Assembly: GCA_049999805.1 (NCBI GenBank)
Contig: JBNGIO010006333.1
Coordinates: 417,493-478,364 of the forward strand
Direction: 5' to 3'
From: Folioceros fuciformis
Taxonomy: Eukaryota
Length of the DNA: 60,872 bases
The position numbers and the translations under genes were made by a program. This document shows, one piece after another, positions 21,908 through 35,788 of this stretch. The first letter of the stretch is position 1; the number at the start of each line of letters is the position of its first letter. Below the pieces are notes generated by a model that saw only the letters and a program-made list of their open reading frames with translations, was not told where the DNA came from and made no database searches.

Positions 21908-23069
21908 CTCTGGACTCCTTGTAGCCCTTCATGTAAACATGAAAGGTGAATATAGAAAAAATATATATAATGGGGCCAAGGCTAACCACTCTCTCTGGAA
22001 CCTGTTGTGTGGACTCCCGACTGCACAGAGCTTGTATGGCACGAGCTTGCTGTGTCGGGCTTGGCAGAACTTGCCTTGGCTTACAAAAGGGTGTGTGCAG
22101 TTCGATTCATTCATGTGTCACGTTGGAGTGTGTCCTTCCTTTGCACATCGATGACGATGATCTGACTGTCCAGTGTATGCGAATGTGTGAACAACCAGAG
22201 CTGCTGGGCCCTCACATTCTGTTTGGGATGGGAGCTTTTGCTTTCCCACATTCCAAGCACAGGACCCTCTCAGCGTTGGGCTGAAGACCCTCAAGAAACC
22301 CTCCCCTTTGCCCATGAGAAACATATCAAATGATTCAGGACATTATAAATATTTATCCATATCAAACAAATTTCATGTGCTGTGCACAAGTTGCAAGCGG
22401 AAGCCTGCACACAGGACCCTGCCAATACTGGAATCTGGACGCTCTATCATCGGTTTGGGGCCGCGAAACGAGACAGATACTGTACCTACCTAGCGAATCT
22501 AACAGGAGTTCACTTAGTCTAGGGACTCTGTGAAAGCGAAGTGAGGTCCCCAAAAAACGCTTTACGAATGCAACGGGGGAGAAAGCTTTATTAGCTGGCC
22601 AAAGAAGCAAAGTTTACGCTTAGAGAAACGACACTTGCTAAGGAATTTAACGTCACACCACCTATCTACGTATTTGAGAGAGCACTAGAGGACACAAAAT
22701 CATAAAAAGCGTCGCTGTTCAGCTTGCCAGCACGCAAGTAGAAACCATATCAGCCTTTTAAACTAGATTAAAGCCAGCCTACCTATAGTGCGATTCTTGG
22801 TTCACACCAGGTACCTGTGTACCGTCAAGTCACAAGTTCCTGCGTATCACACGTCTTCAACTTTTGAACCCTCGAAAAGCAGCTTGAGCCACAACATACC
22901 ATTTCCAGCCTGAATACTTGGGTCTTTCGACTGGAACACTCACAAGTTGTTGGACGGTGTCCCAGTTAGGTAGCTGGAGGATCATTCACGAGCTCGGTGG
23001 ATCACCCAAATGCGAGTCTACTCAGAGCGGATAGCTTGCGCCAGCAGCTCGAGGGCTCAAACACCACCT

Positions 23070-24595
23070 CTAACGCTTGGCAGTGTCCTGGTAAACTGCG
23101 GACCTGTCTTCCTTCTCGTTCACCTTCTTCACACCATTCTCAACCGACAAAGGATGCACGTTCTGCTTGCCAACTTCGTGTCCTTTCTCAAGGTCCACAC
23201 TCTTTGCTGGAGGCAGTGAAGGTGGAGCGCCACGGACGGTGTAGTAAGCATAAATCACTAGCTGTAGTACTCCGAGGAAGGTTCCAATGGCGTTCGGGAT
23301 CTGTGCATACGACATGAAAGTGGCAAAAGTTAGCCCGTGAAAATCTGGTGTCCGTTGTAATAGTGATTTTTGGCACATGGAAGGGACAAGTAACTTGTTT
23401 GAAGAACAACAATGTTCAGCTTGTGCGCAAGGAGAGTGCATCGCGTCAGGTTCTTGATGCATGGGCCACTCTGCCTCTGGGAAGAAACTCATGAGGTTGG
23501 AGTCCTACCAGAATGAAGATGTCGTGGGTGAAGAGAGCGTAAGCGGTCCATGTCGCTCCGTTGAAAAAGAGAAACAGGGACAAAGTGAAGGGCATGTATT
23601 CCACGCTGCGTGTTCGGATGACGAGTTTCTGCGGGCAATCTCCAAATGTCAGTTGGCTAGCCTGTGCAGGAAGCGTAGTCAACTTCCATGGCCTGATCGA
23701 AAATGAAACTGGTAGTGCGCATCTTACCATTATGCCCAAAGGCGATGCGTACATGGAAATGGAAATGACAGCGCACAGAGTGCCCACGAACAGCTTCCGA
23801 GTATGTCCCTCGAGCACCAGCAGAGAGATGGCAATCACCACCCCCATGAAAGCGAATACTCCAAGCAGCCCACCTTGAACGGCTGTGAGGCCGAACTGTT
23901 GATCACCGGAATAAAGCAAAAACGGTGCGACGTCACGTGGTTAGAAGATTGTAAGCAACGCAAAGCAGGATTCCACGAAAGTGTGCTTCAGGGAGCGCAG
24001 ATGGACAGTCTACCTTCTTCTTGGTCTTGGGTGCGTAGATCATGTATAAGGAGAGGTAAAGAGTCTCAAAGGCGACGCCAATGACGTTGATGGTGATGAC
24101 GAGCGTTCCATTGGGAATGACGCAGCCGTAGAACACCCACAGCAACACACTGAGCATTGTAGCCACATACGGAAGCGCTTTGAAGTCCTCGGTGGACTTG
24201 TTCTTGAAAATTCGCCAAAATGTAGGTCTGAGTGCAGCAAGAGCATGGGCAGCTGGTGAGACGGTGCGCAGGCGAGCATGCAAGCGGAATTTGCACGGTG
24301 TGTGTGTGTCTAGCAAGGGCTGAGCGACAGAAGCAAAGGAGCAGAGTGTAGGGCGCGTGTGCGGCAGAGAGTTGGAGACTTACAGCGGAGAGGCGAACAT
24401 CATGCAGGCAATAACATTTCCTGCACAGGCAAAGAAGGAGCAAGGTCACGACCTAGAGTGGAAAAATGTTGTTGCTAAGGCTACTCGCCCACATGTGACG
24501 AAAAGCGACGGGCGATCAACACTTGCTGCTCCGCCTGCAAAGCCTGGCCAGCCTCACGTACCTACGATACCGACGATCATGGCGATGAGAGCCAT
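23070..24595 (-). CDS. SWEET: SWEET sugar transporter (resembles the SWEET16/17 clade), 6 coding exons
   Basis: GNVIACMMFASP, PTFWRIFKNKSTEDFKALPY, SMYASPL, TRSVEYMPFTLSLFLFFNG, IPNAIG...QLVIY: two MtN3 repeats. Confidence 0.93.
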
Positions 24596-25707
24596 GGTTG
24601 CAGCTGCGGAACCTGGAATGCGCGGAGACAAGATAAGCTCAAGAGGCTCCCCCCACTCGAAATATGTCCCTACGCTAAGTCACTTTTCAAGGGTACAGAG
24701 TGCCCCCTGGAGGCGTGCTTCAAGACACAAGAATGCAAGGAGCGCAGTATGGCATCGTACGCAAGTGACAAGTGTAGTGTGGCAAGAGGTTGCGGGAGCA
24801 GTACTGCTCGTCGTCAGACAGCCTTGGCACAGCAACTACCGCACCGAATGTCCGTCCTTCCGCAGCGCTTTACGTCAAATCACCAAGTGGACGTCCGGGC
24901 AGAGAGCACACCACGGTTCTTCCGAATCATGCCGACACTGGAGCTGAGCAAATCTCTACGGTGCAAGGCGGAGGCGCAGCATTCAAGAGCTCCCAATTGT
25001 GAGCGCGCTCTGTTCGCATGTTCCGATCACAGGAGCGGCAGCCTGGGCGATCTCGATCTCGTTCCCGGACCAGAATCGCGCGGTACAGAGGGTGATCGTG
25101 GAGCTTGCTCTGGCTGTGGCTCGGGCTGTGGCTGTGGCTGTGCGGCTGCCTCCTCCTCTGCAGAGTAGAGTCTGCTGACGCGCGAAACAGAACCTGATCC
25201 TCGTTCGAAAAGCACACAGTGTCCTTGCCGTCCGGCTTGCGAGCGGACACAGTCCAATCGTGACCAAGGGGGGAAAAAAATACGAGAGGCTGCTGCAAGC
25301 CGCAATGATAAAAATGCTTATGATGATCACGTCGGGCTCACGGGTGCGTTTTATGAGCAGGAGCCCGGCCCAGTTGTTAACCCAAGGTTACGTTGGCCCC
25401 CAAGCTCTCCGTTCGGCCCCCGTTTCGTCTCCGCCTGCCGCACGGGCATATTCTCAGATATTTTCCCGAGCCGGAATATGTTTTTTAATACGTTCGCATG
25501 GGTTCGAACCACAGGTAGCCCCCCGGGCCCCGGGACAAGGCCAAAAGCAGCTAGCTGCCTTCAACTTCCGTCGCCATCCCATACATCCCTCGCCGTCCCG
25601 TAGCTGTCACCCCTGACCAGGGTTCCCACAGCGGTTACCTTCACCCCGTTTCACACAAGCATTTACACGACAGTTACCTTGCCTTACCCTGGCGGATGCC
25701 GGACACG

Positions 25708-25746
25708 GGGCCCGGCCCGGCCCGGCCCGGCCCGGCCCGGCCTGGC
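25708..25746. repeat. (GGCCC)n pentamer run
   Basis: Directly visible. Confidence 0.9.
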
Positions 25747-26026
25747 CATAACGGTACAGCAGGGATTCCGCTAAACTTATCCCGGCCCGGCACGGAAATG
25801 TGAAAGTGTGGGTTTTGAAGCAGATATGCTTTATCCGCAACAGATAACGCCATCATTGTGGAGGCAGGTCGGGACGGCGCACGGTGGGCCGGTACGCCGG
25901 TTACGGAGCGTCACGCTCCGACTCGTGTCCGTGTGACCCTGTCCATGTCAAGTCAACTTGGATTGGATGGGATAGCCGCCACCCCAATCCACCAAACCTC
26001 CGCCAGGCCGGCCCTAAGCGCCTAAC

Positions 26027-26072
26027 AAAGCCAAAGCCAAAGCCAAAGCCAAAGCCAAAGCCAAAGCCAAAG
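26027..26072. repeat. (AAAGCC)n hexamer microsatellite
   Basis: About 7 units. Confidence 0.9.
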
Positions 26073-27186
26073 TAAAAGCAAGCACGCAAGCAAGGCAAAA
26101 CTGAAAAAGCAACGCCACGCCACGCCACAACCCCCATGTGGCGCCCGTTTCGGGCCTGCCACGGGCGCGCGCTGAATCTTTGGCTCTGCGCACCCAGGTT
26201 AACGTATGCCTTGGAGCCTTGTATGGATTCTTGGATTTTTACTACCCGGTTCCTCAATTTTTATTTTTCTAAATTATTTCTCTTTCCGCTTTTCCATTTT
26301 TTTGCCTTCTTGTTGAACGGAACCAAATTCCACTCTCCAAGAATTCTTTGAATATTCAGATATTTGATTCTGGTTAAGGATCTGTCTTGTCCTACCAGTT
26401 AAGTTAAGCAAAGCAAGCATGCTGTTACAAGCAAGGGAATCCCAACCACACGGCCTTGTTTTGATTATCAAATTCCTTTTGGTTCCTAATTGTTTGGAAA
26501 GTTACATCTTAGTCGCTCATCTTTTTTGTTTCTAGCATTGTTATGTTGTTGTCATCGTTTTTGTAATATTTGGGATGATTTGACTCATGATACGCGCACC
26601 TATCTTGTCGCTTCATGTCATATTTTGTTGGTGAGTTTTGATGCCTGCTTGCTTCCATAACGACCTTCAAAGCAGATTTTACATCTCGTATCAAAAATAT
26701 GGGAAGAAAGCTGGTCATTGTCGGCCATTATTCCTTCGAATACTGTTACGAATCTTGCATAGCGTGTTAAATTCTTATTACGAACTTTTTTTTTTAAATA
26801 TTTAAAAAAAAAAGATTTACTAAATATCTATGTTCAAAGATACTTCCTCCTGTAATCAAATTTCCGAATCATTTTTGAAACTTTAAGTGACTTTCACATA
26901 GCATACTAGTACTTAGGATACAAAACATGTCCATGAAATATGCGCCAAGGCACATGAAACAAGTCATGCCCATTCATGACATGATCTTCACTAGGACGAA
27001 CAAAATGAATGCAATATATGCCTAGGTAGAAATGAAAAACATTTTATAAGTAAAATAAATGCTTTCATTTTACTCAAACTGTTGTATGCAGTTTTGAAGA
27101 TTCAAATACTTTGATGAGCTTTGTGGTCTTTAAAATGATATATATGTCATTTGAAAGATCAATTTTTTTAGTATAAGTCTTGTATC

Positions 27187-27286
27187 NNNNNNNNNNNNNN
27201 NNNNNNNNNNNNNNNNNNNNNNNNNNNNNNNNNNNNNNNNNNNNNNNNNNNNNNNNNNNNNNNNNNNNNNNNNNNNNNNNNNNNNN
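27187..27286. other. Assembly gap (100 N) in an AT-rich intergenic block
   Basis: N run. Confidence 1.
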
Positions 27287-28659
27287 TCCATTTTCACACC
27301 TTTAAGATACTACAACTCGTTCCCCCTTGAAAAATACAAATTCTTCAAAGCATTAAACTTGTTCTCTACTTGACAAGATCAAAGATAAGGATCAATGTAT
27401 TCTAATTTTTATTTAAATCATGAATTATTATAGGATGAAATCTAGTGAAATAAACTGTGGACTTTTGATTCAATTTTGTGTACTCAAATAATAATAATAT
27501 TATTGTTCGAACATTACATGATGTATTAATAATATTCAGCATCTTAGTAAGGAAACAAAACAAAACATCTCCAGCTCAATTTTTTGAATGAATATCCAGT
27601 TTAGAAATTAAAAATGCTGAGGAATTTAAGGGGGGAAAGAAAAACTGATAAAACTTATAACTTTGAGACCAGATGAATTTTAAAAGCAACTTTAAAAACT
27701 AACATCTTAGCCTATAAGTATCTAATTTAAAGCTACTTTATCACGGATATTGGCTAGGATGTTGTAAGCAGTGCTTGTACGTACTTGTTTGCAGTCCATG
27801 GAATGCGGCTGAAGAGATGTACAACGAGGAATATTTACCTTATCAGTTGAGAGATGAAGCTGTCGTACTACTTTGCCTTCTTGCCCTTTCCACAGAAAGG
27901 AAAGATCTGTGAACACTATCTAACGAGGATCAGAGGGTTTCCCCGGTAACGTAATCGAAGCGTACGAGTGCGGAACAGATCCTTGAAGAGAGGTGGACAA
28001 TTGGCCGTTAGAATAAAGCAGACGAAGGCATCTGGCCCTGAGAGTCCGTCATGCGGAAGACATGGACGGGCGTGAGTTGCCTGTGACACGAGGTAGGCCG
28101 CGTGCGGGTCATCCTGTCTTGCTCAGCTTCGGAAATGTGCGCGACACAACCATCATGGTAGTTACAGACGAGGCGTGTGGTCTGTCCTCGTCCAGGCACG
28201 AGCATGGCAGTGCAGCTTGCAGGTGCGCACGGGGAGCAGGCAACGAGGATCGGTCTTATTCCTCCTCATGCTTGAATTGCGCACCCCAAAGACATGCAAG
28301 TCGATGTTGTACCTGTCGAATGCAGTGGTCCAACCAACACGGATGGCTTGAGGTGTCGAGGCAATCTGGTGCCCGCTGCCAGAGGACACCGCAGCAGAAA
28401 ATGAAAGACCAAGATTCCGTCTCCTCTCCCGCGTAGCCTGCGTGTTCCATTCGCGTACCAAGCGCCTGTTTGGACGTTCCACCACATCGCGGTCCCGGAC
28501 ACGTGCAACCAAGAGGAGGAGGAGATGGAGTATCCTGTCACCTAGCCATGGGGTTCGCACAGCTTGCCTGCCAACGGTACAGACCTTGCCACTTCCCCAG
28601 AGCTACGTCTTAGAAGTGTGACGGATGAGTCCGCATAGACCTTCTTTTCACGCACATTT

Positions 28660-31600
28660 GCCAGCACCCTCCTTCCGGTGCATCACATAGAGCATGTGAG
28701 AAGGCCAGATCCTTGCTGTGCGTACTCGAATCCGCTTCCTCTCTCTCTGTAGGCGGATACGGCTGCCGGGCCCCGCACATACGCTGCTGCTTGCTTCGTT
28801 TGGAAGCTACTTGCTCCCTCGCCACCCCACCTGGCTTGTTTCTCATGTTGCCCAACCAAAAACCTGTGCACCGGGCCCTTCTCGTCTGTCCACCAACTCT
28901 GTTCCGGAAGCTTCCAAGCCCTGTTTTCCGTTATCTTCGCCTGAATCGTCTGTGCCTGCTCCCCCATCTCGGCACTGGTGTATATTTTCGACAAGAGCAC
29001 GCACGCGGCCGCATCTTTCTCATCGAGCTTTACTGCTTCATCAAAAGCACGGCGTCCCGCCTCCACATTGTTCCACGTCTGACAAGCAGCCATTAGAGTG
29101 TGCCAAACTGCGGCACTAGGCGGTACAGGCATTGCGCTTGCCAAAGCTAGTGCCTCATCCAGTTGTCTTGCGCGACCCAGGAGATCCACCATGCATGTAC
29201 AGTGGTTCTTTGTGGGAGTGATGCCATACTGTCTGCCCATGGCGTCAAAGTACTGCCATCCCTTGTTCACTAGACCTGCATGCTGTTAGCAAACTAAGGA
29301 ACGTGACCCCAGCTGGCTGTATTGTATGCCGCCTCCCTCATTTTCTGGACCAGGTCAAAAACTGCTCCACTGTCCACTCGACAGGTGTAACCCGCAATCA
29401 GCACATTCCAAACGACCACGTCTCTTTCCTGCAATGCATCAAACACCTGCTGCCCATCTACCATGCTCCCTGACTTTGCATACATGTTTATCAAATTCCT
29501 CGCTACAAACAGATCGGTTTCAAGCCCTCGTTCTTCAATCTGCGCATGTAGCTGCTTCCCTAGATGCAAGGCAGCTACATTTGCGCATGCCTGCAGGAGG
29601 CACACAAAAGTCACAGAGATAGGTACAGACATGTTCTCTTCTTGGATGGCATTCTAGATACGAAGGGTTTCCTGGCCCATGGCCTTGCTGGGAAGGCCCT
29701 GCAATTAACCTCCTTTCGACAAAGTACGTCAAAACCTATCTGAGCATCTTCCAAGCTGCCACACTGGGCGTACATGTTCACCAGACTGATGACTTTGATG
29801 CCCCCTTTCCCTGATTTGCACATGAAGCTGCTTCCCCTCCTCCAATGCCAAGGGCCCTTCACTTGCGCATGCCTGCAGGAGGCACACAAATGTCATGGAA
29901 TTGGCTACACAGGTGCCTTCTTCTTGCGTAGGACTGTAGAGATCAAGGGCTTTCTGGGCCATGCCCAGCTGAGCATATCCTGATATCATGGAGTTCCAAG
30001 TCACCACATCCTTTCGACCAAGTCTGTCAAACACTTTCTGAGCATCCTCCAAGCCGCCACACTTTGAATACATGCTCACCAAATTGGTGGCTACGAACAC
30101 AACACCTTCATGTCCCTGTGCTCTAATATGCGCGTGAAGAGGCTTCCCCTTCTCCAGGGCGGGGGTGCCCACGCTTGCACATGCCTGCAGAAGACAAATG
30201 AACGTCTTAGGGCTAGGCACAGCGATATCATGTCATAGACACGAAGGGCTTCGTGGCCCATGCCCTGCTAGGAGTACCCTGCTATCACTGCAGTCCATGT
30301 CACCAGATCTTTTTTCACAAGACCATCGAACACTCTCCTGGCATCTTGCAAACTGCCACACTGTGCAGACATGTTCACCAAACGCCTGCCTACAGAAACG
30401 TCGGCTAGACGTCCTCCTTCTCTAATCTCCGTATGAAATTCCTTCCCCTTCTCTAAGGCTGGCGAGCCAACACTTGCGCATGCCTGCAAGAGGCATACAA
30501 ACGTCACTGAATCAGCTACAGCAATGCCTTCTTCTTGCATAGCACTGTAGAGACGAAGAGCTTCCTGACCCAAGCCCTGCTGGGAGTACCTTGCTATCAT
30601 GGTGTTCCATGTTACCACACCTTTTTGAGCCAGTCTGTCAAATACTCTTTGAGCATCATCCGAGCTCCCACACTTTGCATACATGTTCACCAAACTGCTG
30701 GCTATAGACACATCCGTACATATCCTCGTTCTCCAATTCTGCAGGAAGCCGCTTTCCCTTCTCCAAAGCAGGAGCCCCCACACTTGCACATGCCTGCAGA
30801 AGACACACAAAAGTCACAGAATCAGGTACAGCAATGCCCTGTGCTTGCATTGCACCGAAGAGACGAAGGGCTTCCTGGCCCCTGCCTTGCTGGGAGTAAA
30901 GCTCCTATCATAGAGTTCCATGTCACCACACCCTTTCGACCCAGTCCATTAAACACTTTCTGAGCGTCTTGCAAGCTGCCACACTTTGCATACATGTTGA
31001 CCAAACTGCTGGCTACAAACCAGTCAGCTTGATGTCCACGCTCTCTAGTCTGCGCATGTAGTTGCTTCCCCTTCTCCAAAGCTGATGTGCCCTCACTTGC
31101 ACACGCCTGCAGCAGACACAAAACTGTGACAGAATTAGGTATGGCGATGCCCTCTGCTTGCATGGCACTGTACAGACCAAGGGCTTGGTGACCCATGCCC
31201 TGTTGAGAATACCCTGCAATCAGAGCAGGCCACGCTAGCACATCTGTCAGACCAAGGGTGTCAAAACTCCCTGAGCTTCTTCCAAGCTGCCACACTTTGC
31301 GTCCATGCTCACCAAGGAATTACACACCAACAAATCAGGCTGCACGCGCCACTGGCCAGCACGTCGGCATGCACCTGCTGCCCCGTTTTCAGGTCCGATG
31401 CCCTTGCACAAGCCTGAGGAGCTGCCACAAACACATGCCTATTTGACTCCACACTTGACCTGCGCATCCGATGATAGAACTGTATGGCCTCATTCTCTTG
31501 TCCGTGCTTAAGATGCGCAGAGATCATGGCAGACCAGGTGAAGACATCTGATTCGGTAACCGCTGCAAAAACATGCATTGCGTCTTGCAACCTGACATGA

Positions 31601-31830
31601 GAAGCATCCATTCGGAGCATCTTGAAGCCCTGAACGTGTCTAACTGGATTCCCATTTTCACCATGGGAGCATGTACCCTGCAACCTAGAACCAGATCCTT
31701 CTTGGCTACACATTGCTTCAACACAGCACAGAAGAGAGATTTGGAAATGCAAAGGTCTGTCTGCACCAGTCCTCGTAAAGATTCAACAGCCTCATAAACA
31801 TGGCCCGTATGACATAGCTTACTCGCGGTT
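28660..31830 (-). pseudogene. PLS-class PPR RNA-editing factor with E domains and a degenerate DYW:WW-type domain; multiple frameshifts
   Basis: Repeated SLVNMYAKCGSL.DA..VFD, DVVTWNSMI.GY and VTFVCLLQACASVG motifs; CMVDLLGRA...VWHTLMAAC E region; KLPEQSWWTDEKGPVHRFLVG; HSKDLA in place of HSEKLA. Broken into at least 6 ORFs. Confidence 0.9.
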
Positions 31831-33419
31831 TCAGGAGTTATTACGCCCCGTCGTAACCTGCGGGCCTGCGAGGGTCAGGGTCACCCAGTAACCTCCGGTC
31901 CAAGGCCTCCCCACATATCCAGAGCAGCAAGCTGCGGATCCATCCAACCTGACTTGTGGAAGTTGTTCAACCAGAGGACCTGCCTCACAGACGCGAGGCT
32001 CGTCCTCCTTTGCCTGCAGTCCCCCGGAAGTGCGAGGTCCCGGGAATCTTGTCAACCGCCGGCCACGACACCTGCTGGAAACTCCGTCTCTAGCCACAAA
32101 TCGAATTGGACAGGCCGGCTTTCTCACAAAGCAACTACACCTCCCGACTTGGTTGTGAGCAAACCCAAGCTTCCTTGAGAGGCGTGCAGGAGCCCTTCCC
32201 AGACGACCTTTTAACCCACCTCTACGATGGGTCATCTCTACCCACACTGCAGTCTGCGGCCCTTCGCGTGACTCCAGTGCAACGCCACGGAGAGCCATAG
32301 CTGGCAGGAGGAACCTGCTGGGCTCACCGGGAAAGTCTACACTCTTGCGACAGGGGTGGAGTTAGCTCCCTCCAATCTACCGTTGAGAGCACTTAACTCG
32401 TGGATTTGACTCCCTTGTGGGCCAGAGCATTGCAGTATACAGTACGTACTTTCCTTCCCCCTTTTGCGCTGTTTGCAGTTCTTGGTTCGTCCTCCGTTGC
32501 TACGCTATCCCTGGCACCAATTTGAGTGGTTGGTGGACATGTACGCACACCGTGGCAACTTGCAAGACGCTTGACGACAGTTCGATGGACCTGATCATCT
32601 GTTGAGAACAAGGACAGGGTAACGTAAAATGCTACAATCGCAGGGCATTGGAGAGGAAGCCTTGCTTTCGTCTGCACATGGCGTTATTGCACCTGATTCT
32701 GTTACACATAGATATGTACCTCCCGTCGGCATGCGCATGTTAATGCTGAGTCGTGGGTATTCCTGTCTTGGAACAAGGGATACAGGGTGATTTGTTTGTA
32801 GCAACATATATGGAAACGTGGGAATGGGACAAGAAACCTTCGTCTGTACCGTACGCGTTATGGAGGGTGAAGGCATGGTTGTACCAAAGTGAATGACGTT
32901 TGTGTGCCTTCACAGACATGTGCGAACACGGGAATCCCAGCTCTGGAATCGGTTAACGCGCAAAGCAAGATCAGGGGCAAATTGGAGACCGAGAGACGGA
33001 GGCCACCCAAGGTGAGGCAGGAGTCACGACAGGGAACGCATGCTCTCCACTTGGATGACAGGGTTCCGATCCTCTGGGTGTACATGTACATTACATGTAC
33101 ATGTAGCATGTGTACTGTACATTCCAATGTCCGACATTGTAGTATGTTACACATTCTCGTGCCACGTGTCCTGACAATGCTTCAGTTCGTTATTGGAAGA
33201 TACTTATGTTAGGCGAGTTTGTCGCACATTTTCGAAGTACATGTACGGCAGCAGGGCTTGTGAAAAGCTTTGACGTGGGCGTTGGGAATGACGTCATGTG
33301 CCTTTTTCGCGGATAATATGTTTTCGACACCCCGAAAGACTACGGTACATCGTATTGTACAGGACAATGTGGGCTCATCACGATCCCAACAGCCGGGGGT
33401 GAAAGCAGAAGCCGTCGAG

Positions 33420-35229
33420 TCAGGGTACGGAGGCATTAGGGGGAGCGTCTTTCACTTCGTCCCTGCTTTCTTCTCCTTCCGCGATGAGAATCCGCTTGGC
33501 AATCTCGTAGGCGGCGAAGGAGACGGCGGTGTAAGGGACGGTCTGCATCCATTCCACGGTGATGCCGCGGTACAGGCCTCGGAAGCCTTCCCTTCCCGCG
33601 ATGCACTGCAACGCGTGCATCATATTGGCGTAGCCTACACCCGGCCCGGTGGCGGAACGAGGCAGAGCTCCCATGCTCACCTGCTTGCGTGCCATCTCCA
33701 GAGGGTAAGTCAAGGTGGAGGAAGAGGCGCCGGCGAGCGCGCCAACCACGAGCAACGGAACGAGGGTTAGGTCCTCGTCCCCGGACCCCTGCCGCTCCTT
33801 CCACCTCCGCTTGAGCGCCTCGTAGGTGTAGAAGGCAGCGGCCGAGGCTGGGACCATGCTCAGCAGAGCGGGAGTGATGCCGCGGTAGAGGCCCGCCACG
33901 CCTTCTTCCCGTAGGATTGTGGCCACAGCTCCGGTCATGGACGAGTATACCGCAGGCTGATTTAACATGCACGAGAAGACGTTGGGATCAGCGATGTTGT
34001 GAGTGCAGGAGCTGGCTGGCCCGGATCCGAGTGATATGCCGGCGGAAGGAAGAGTGACAGAGTCGTACCTCCAACACGGTGCGGTCCAGGAGCACGGAGA
34101 AGGGATACGTCACCAAAGTGGACACCACGCCTGCCGCGGCTCCAGCCACAGTGGAGATCGGAATGGCGCGAGGCAGAGGGAGCCAGCGCGGATCATCCTG
34201 CCCCCGCTTCTGCTCTAGTTTCTTGACCGCCTCGTACGTGGCGAACTGGCATGAGTCCACCACAACCACACCACGTGAGTATGTAATGTGAAGCCTCGTT
34301 TGGGAGTGCGCTTGCAATCATCTCATCACCTGGAAGCCTTTGCGCAACGCAGAAGTGACTGTCGCCATCAGCAAGCTGCCTTTGATTAATGTCCGCAATC
34401 CTTCATGTCGAGAAATGTTTTGCAACACCTCCGGGGAGGACTCTCCTCCCTTCTTTGCCACCACACGAGTGCGCCATATTGCGAAGGGCGTGGACGCGAC
34501 TCCTGCGAATCCTCCAGACATGATCCCGCAGATCAACTGCCACAAGGCGCAAGGTCAAGATGTAGAGCAAAGATAGGAGATTGTGACACAGTTTTAAGAT
34601 GGTACATACGGTACCTTACCTGCTTGAGCGTGATGCTTCGAATTTCCCCTAGGCCAGGCACCTTGGTCCGCGCGATAGGAAGGCGCAAGTCCTTTGCCGT
34701 CTCTTTGACCAGGTCCTTTGCCTCCCTCGCAGCATCCTTCACCTCCCCCTTGATTTTCTCAACCTTTTCCTGCAGCCACAGGAGCCGGGGTGTAGTAGGT
34801 CGGTAACAGCCGTGCCACCGAGCTTGCGATTCATTCGCTTTGCACCTCAGGAATTCGTCTGGGACGCACCTTTTTTCTCATGGACGGGTCACCGGCTAGT
34901 CGTGCAAATCCTGGACGGGCGCTCTCGGCTCCGGCCTCGGCAGGCCTCAAGGATTGCTGGCTGCTGTTCCGGCATCCATCTTTGAAATTCTCCAGTCCGA
35001 GCGACGCAAAGCCCAAGGCAGCGGGCTGCCGTCTCCCTCTCCGCGAACTGTCGTTTTCGTTCCTATCCGCCATCCGCCTCTTTGACACCGCTCCATCCTC
35101 GATCGCGCCGCGCTGATTTCGAACAGCGGCGAGCTGTTCCGGGGTCCAGCACGGCTCCTCCCTCCCATGCTTCCACCTGATAGTAGTCTGACGCTTGCCA
35201 GCATCTATGGCGTGACCTCCAGAATTCAT
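33420..35229 (-). CDS. Mitochondrial-carrier-family protein, BT1/adenine nucleotide transporter-like (about 5 exons; 5' end uncertain)
   Basis: VAGAAAGVVSTLVTYPF, ILREEGVAGLYRGITPALLSMVP, GALAGASSSTLTYPLEMARKQ, EGFRGLYRG...YEIAKRIL. Confidence 0.85.
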
Positions 35230-35575
35230 GGGGAGACGGTGCAGCTGTCGGGCGGGGTTGCAATCGGAATCTGGTGGACGATGACATCCTGTTCGATCCG
35301 ATAGAGCTGCTCAGGACGCTCACATACAGCGAGCCGGTGTGTAACACACACTTGGTGTATCACAGTTTTGACACTCGTCTCAGAAGCTACGGCGGTAATA
35401 TAGCCGCAAATGTACTGCCGCGTGCCGATGAGGTCCTCCTCTTTCCTACTCTGTAATCGGGAATCCGAATCCGACCGCACGCTTGAGATGTGGGATGGAG
35501 AGTCAAGCGGGGAGGGAGGGAGGGAGGATAGCTGGAGGGCAGATTCAGGTGCAGCCACGTGAGATAGAGGCCAGC

Positions 35576-35750
35576 ACTAGAAGCCAAATGGGCGGCCCGG
35601 ACTAGAAGCCCAATGGGCGGCCCGGACTAGAAACCAAATGGGCGGCCCGGACTAGAAGCCCAATGGGCGGCCCGGACTAGAAGCCCGATGGGCGGCCCGG
35701 ACTAGACACCAAATGGGCGGCCCGGACGTGAGGCCTAATGGGCGGCCCGA
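35576..35750. repeat. 25-bp tandem minisatellite (ACTAGAAGCCCAATGGGCGGCCCGG), about 7 copies
   Basis: Directly visible. Confidence 0.92.
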
Positions 35751-35788
35751 GGCTGGCCAGTTGGGAGCCCAGGGAAGGTGTCATACCT

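Noticed and set aside
25618-27920. hAT-like MITE (CAGGGTT start, GGCCC runs, AT-rich core)
   Set aside because: No convincing matching TIR or 8-bp TSD; contains an N gap.
33270-33972. Long overlapping and antisense ORFs over the carrier gene, and similar cases elsewhere in the ORF track
   Set aside because: Shadow ORFs of GC-rich coding exons with no independent motifs.
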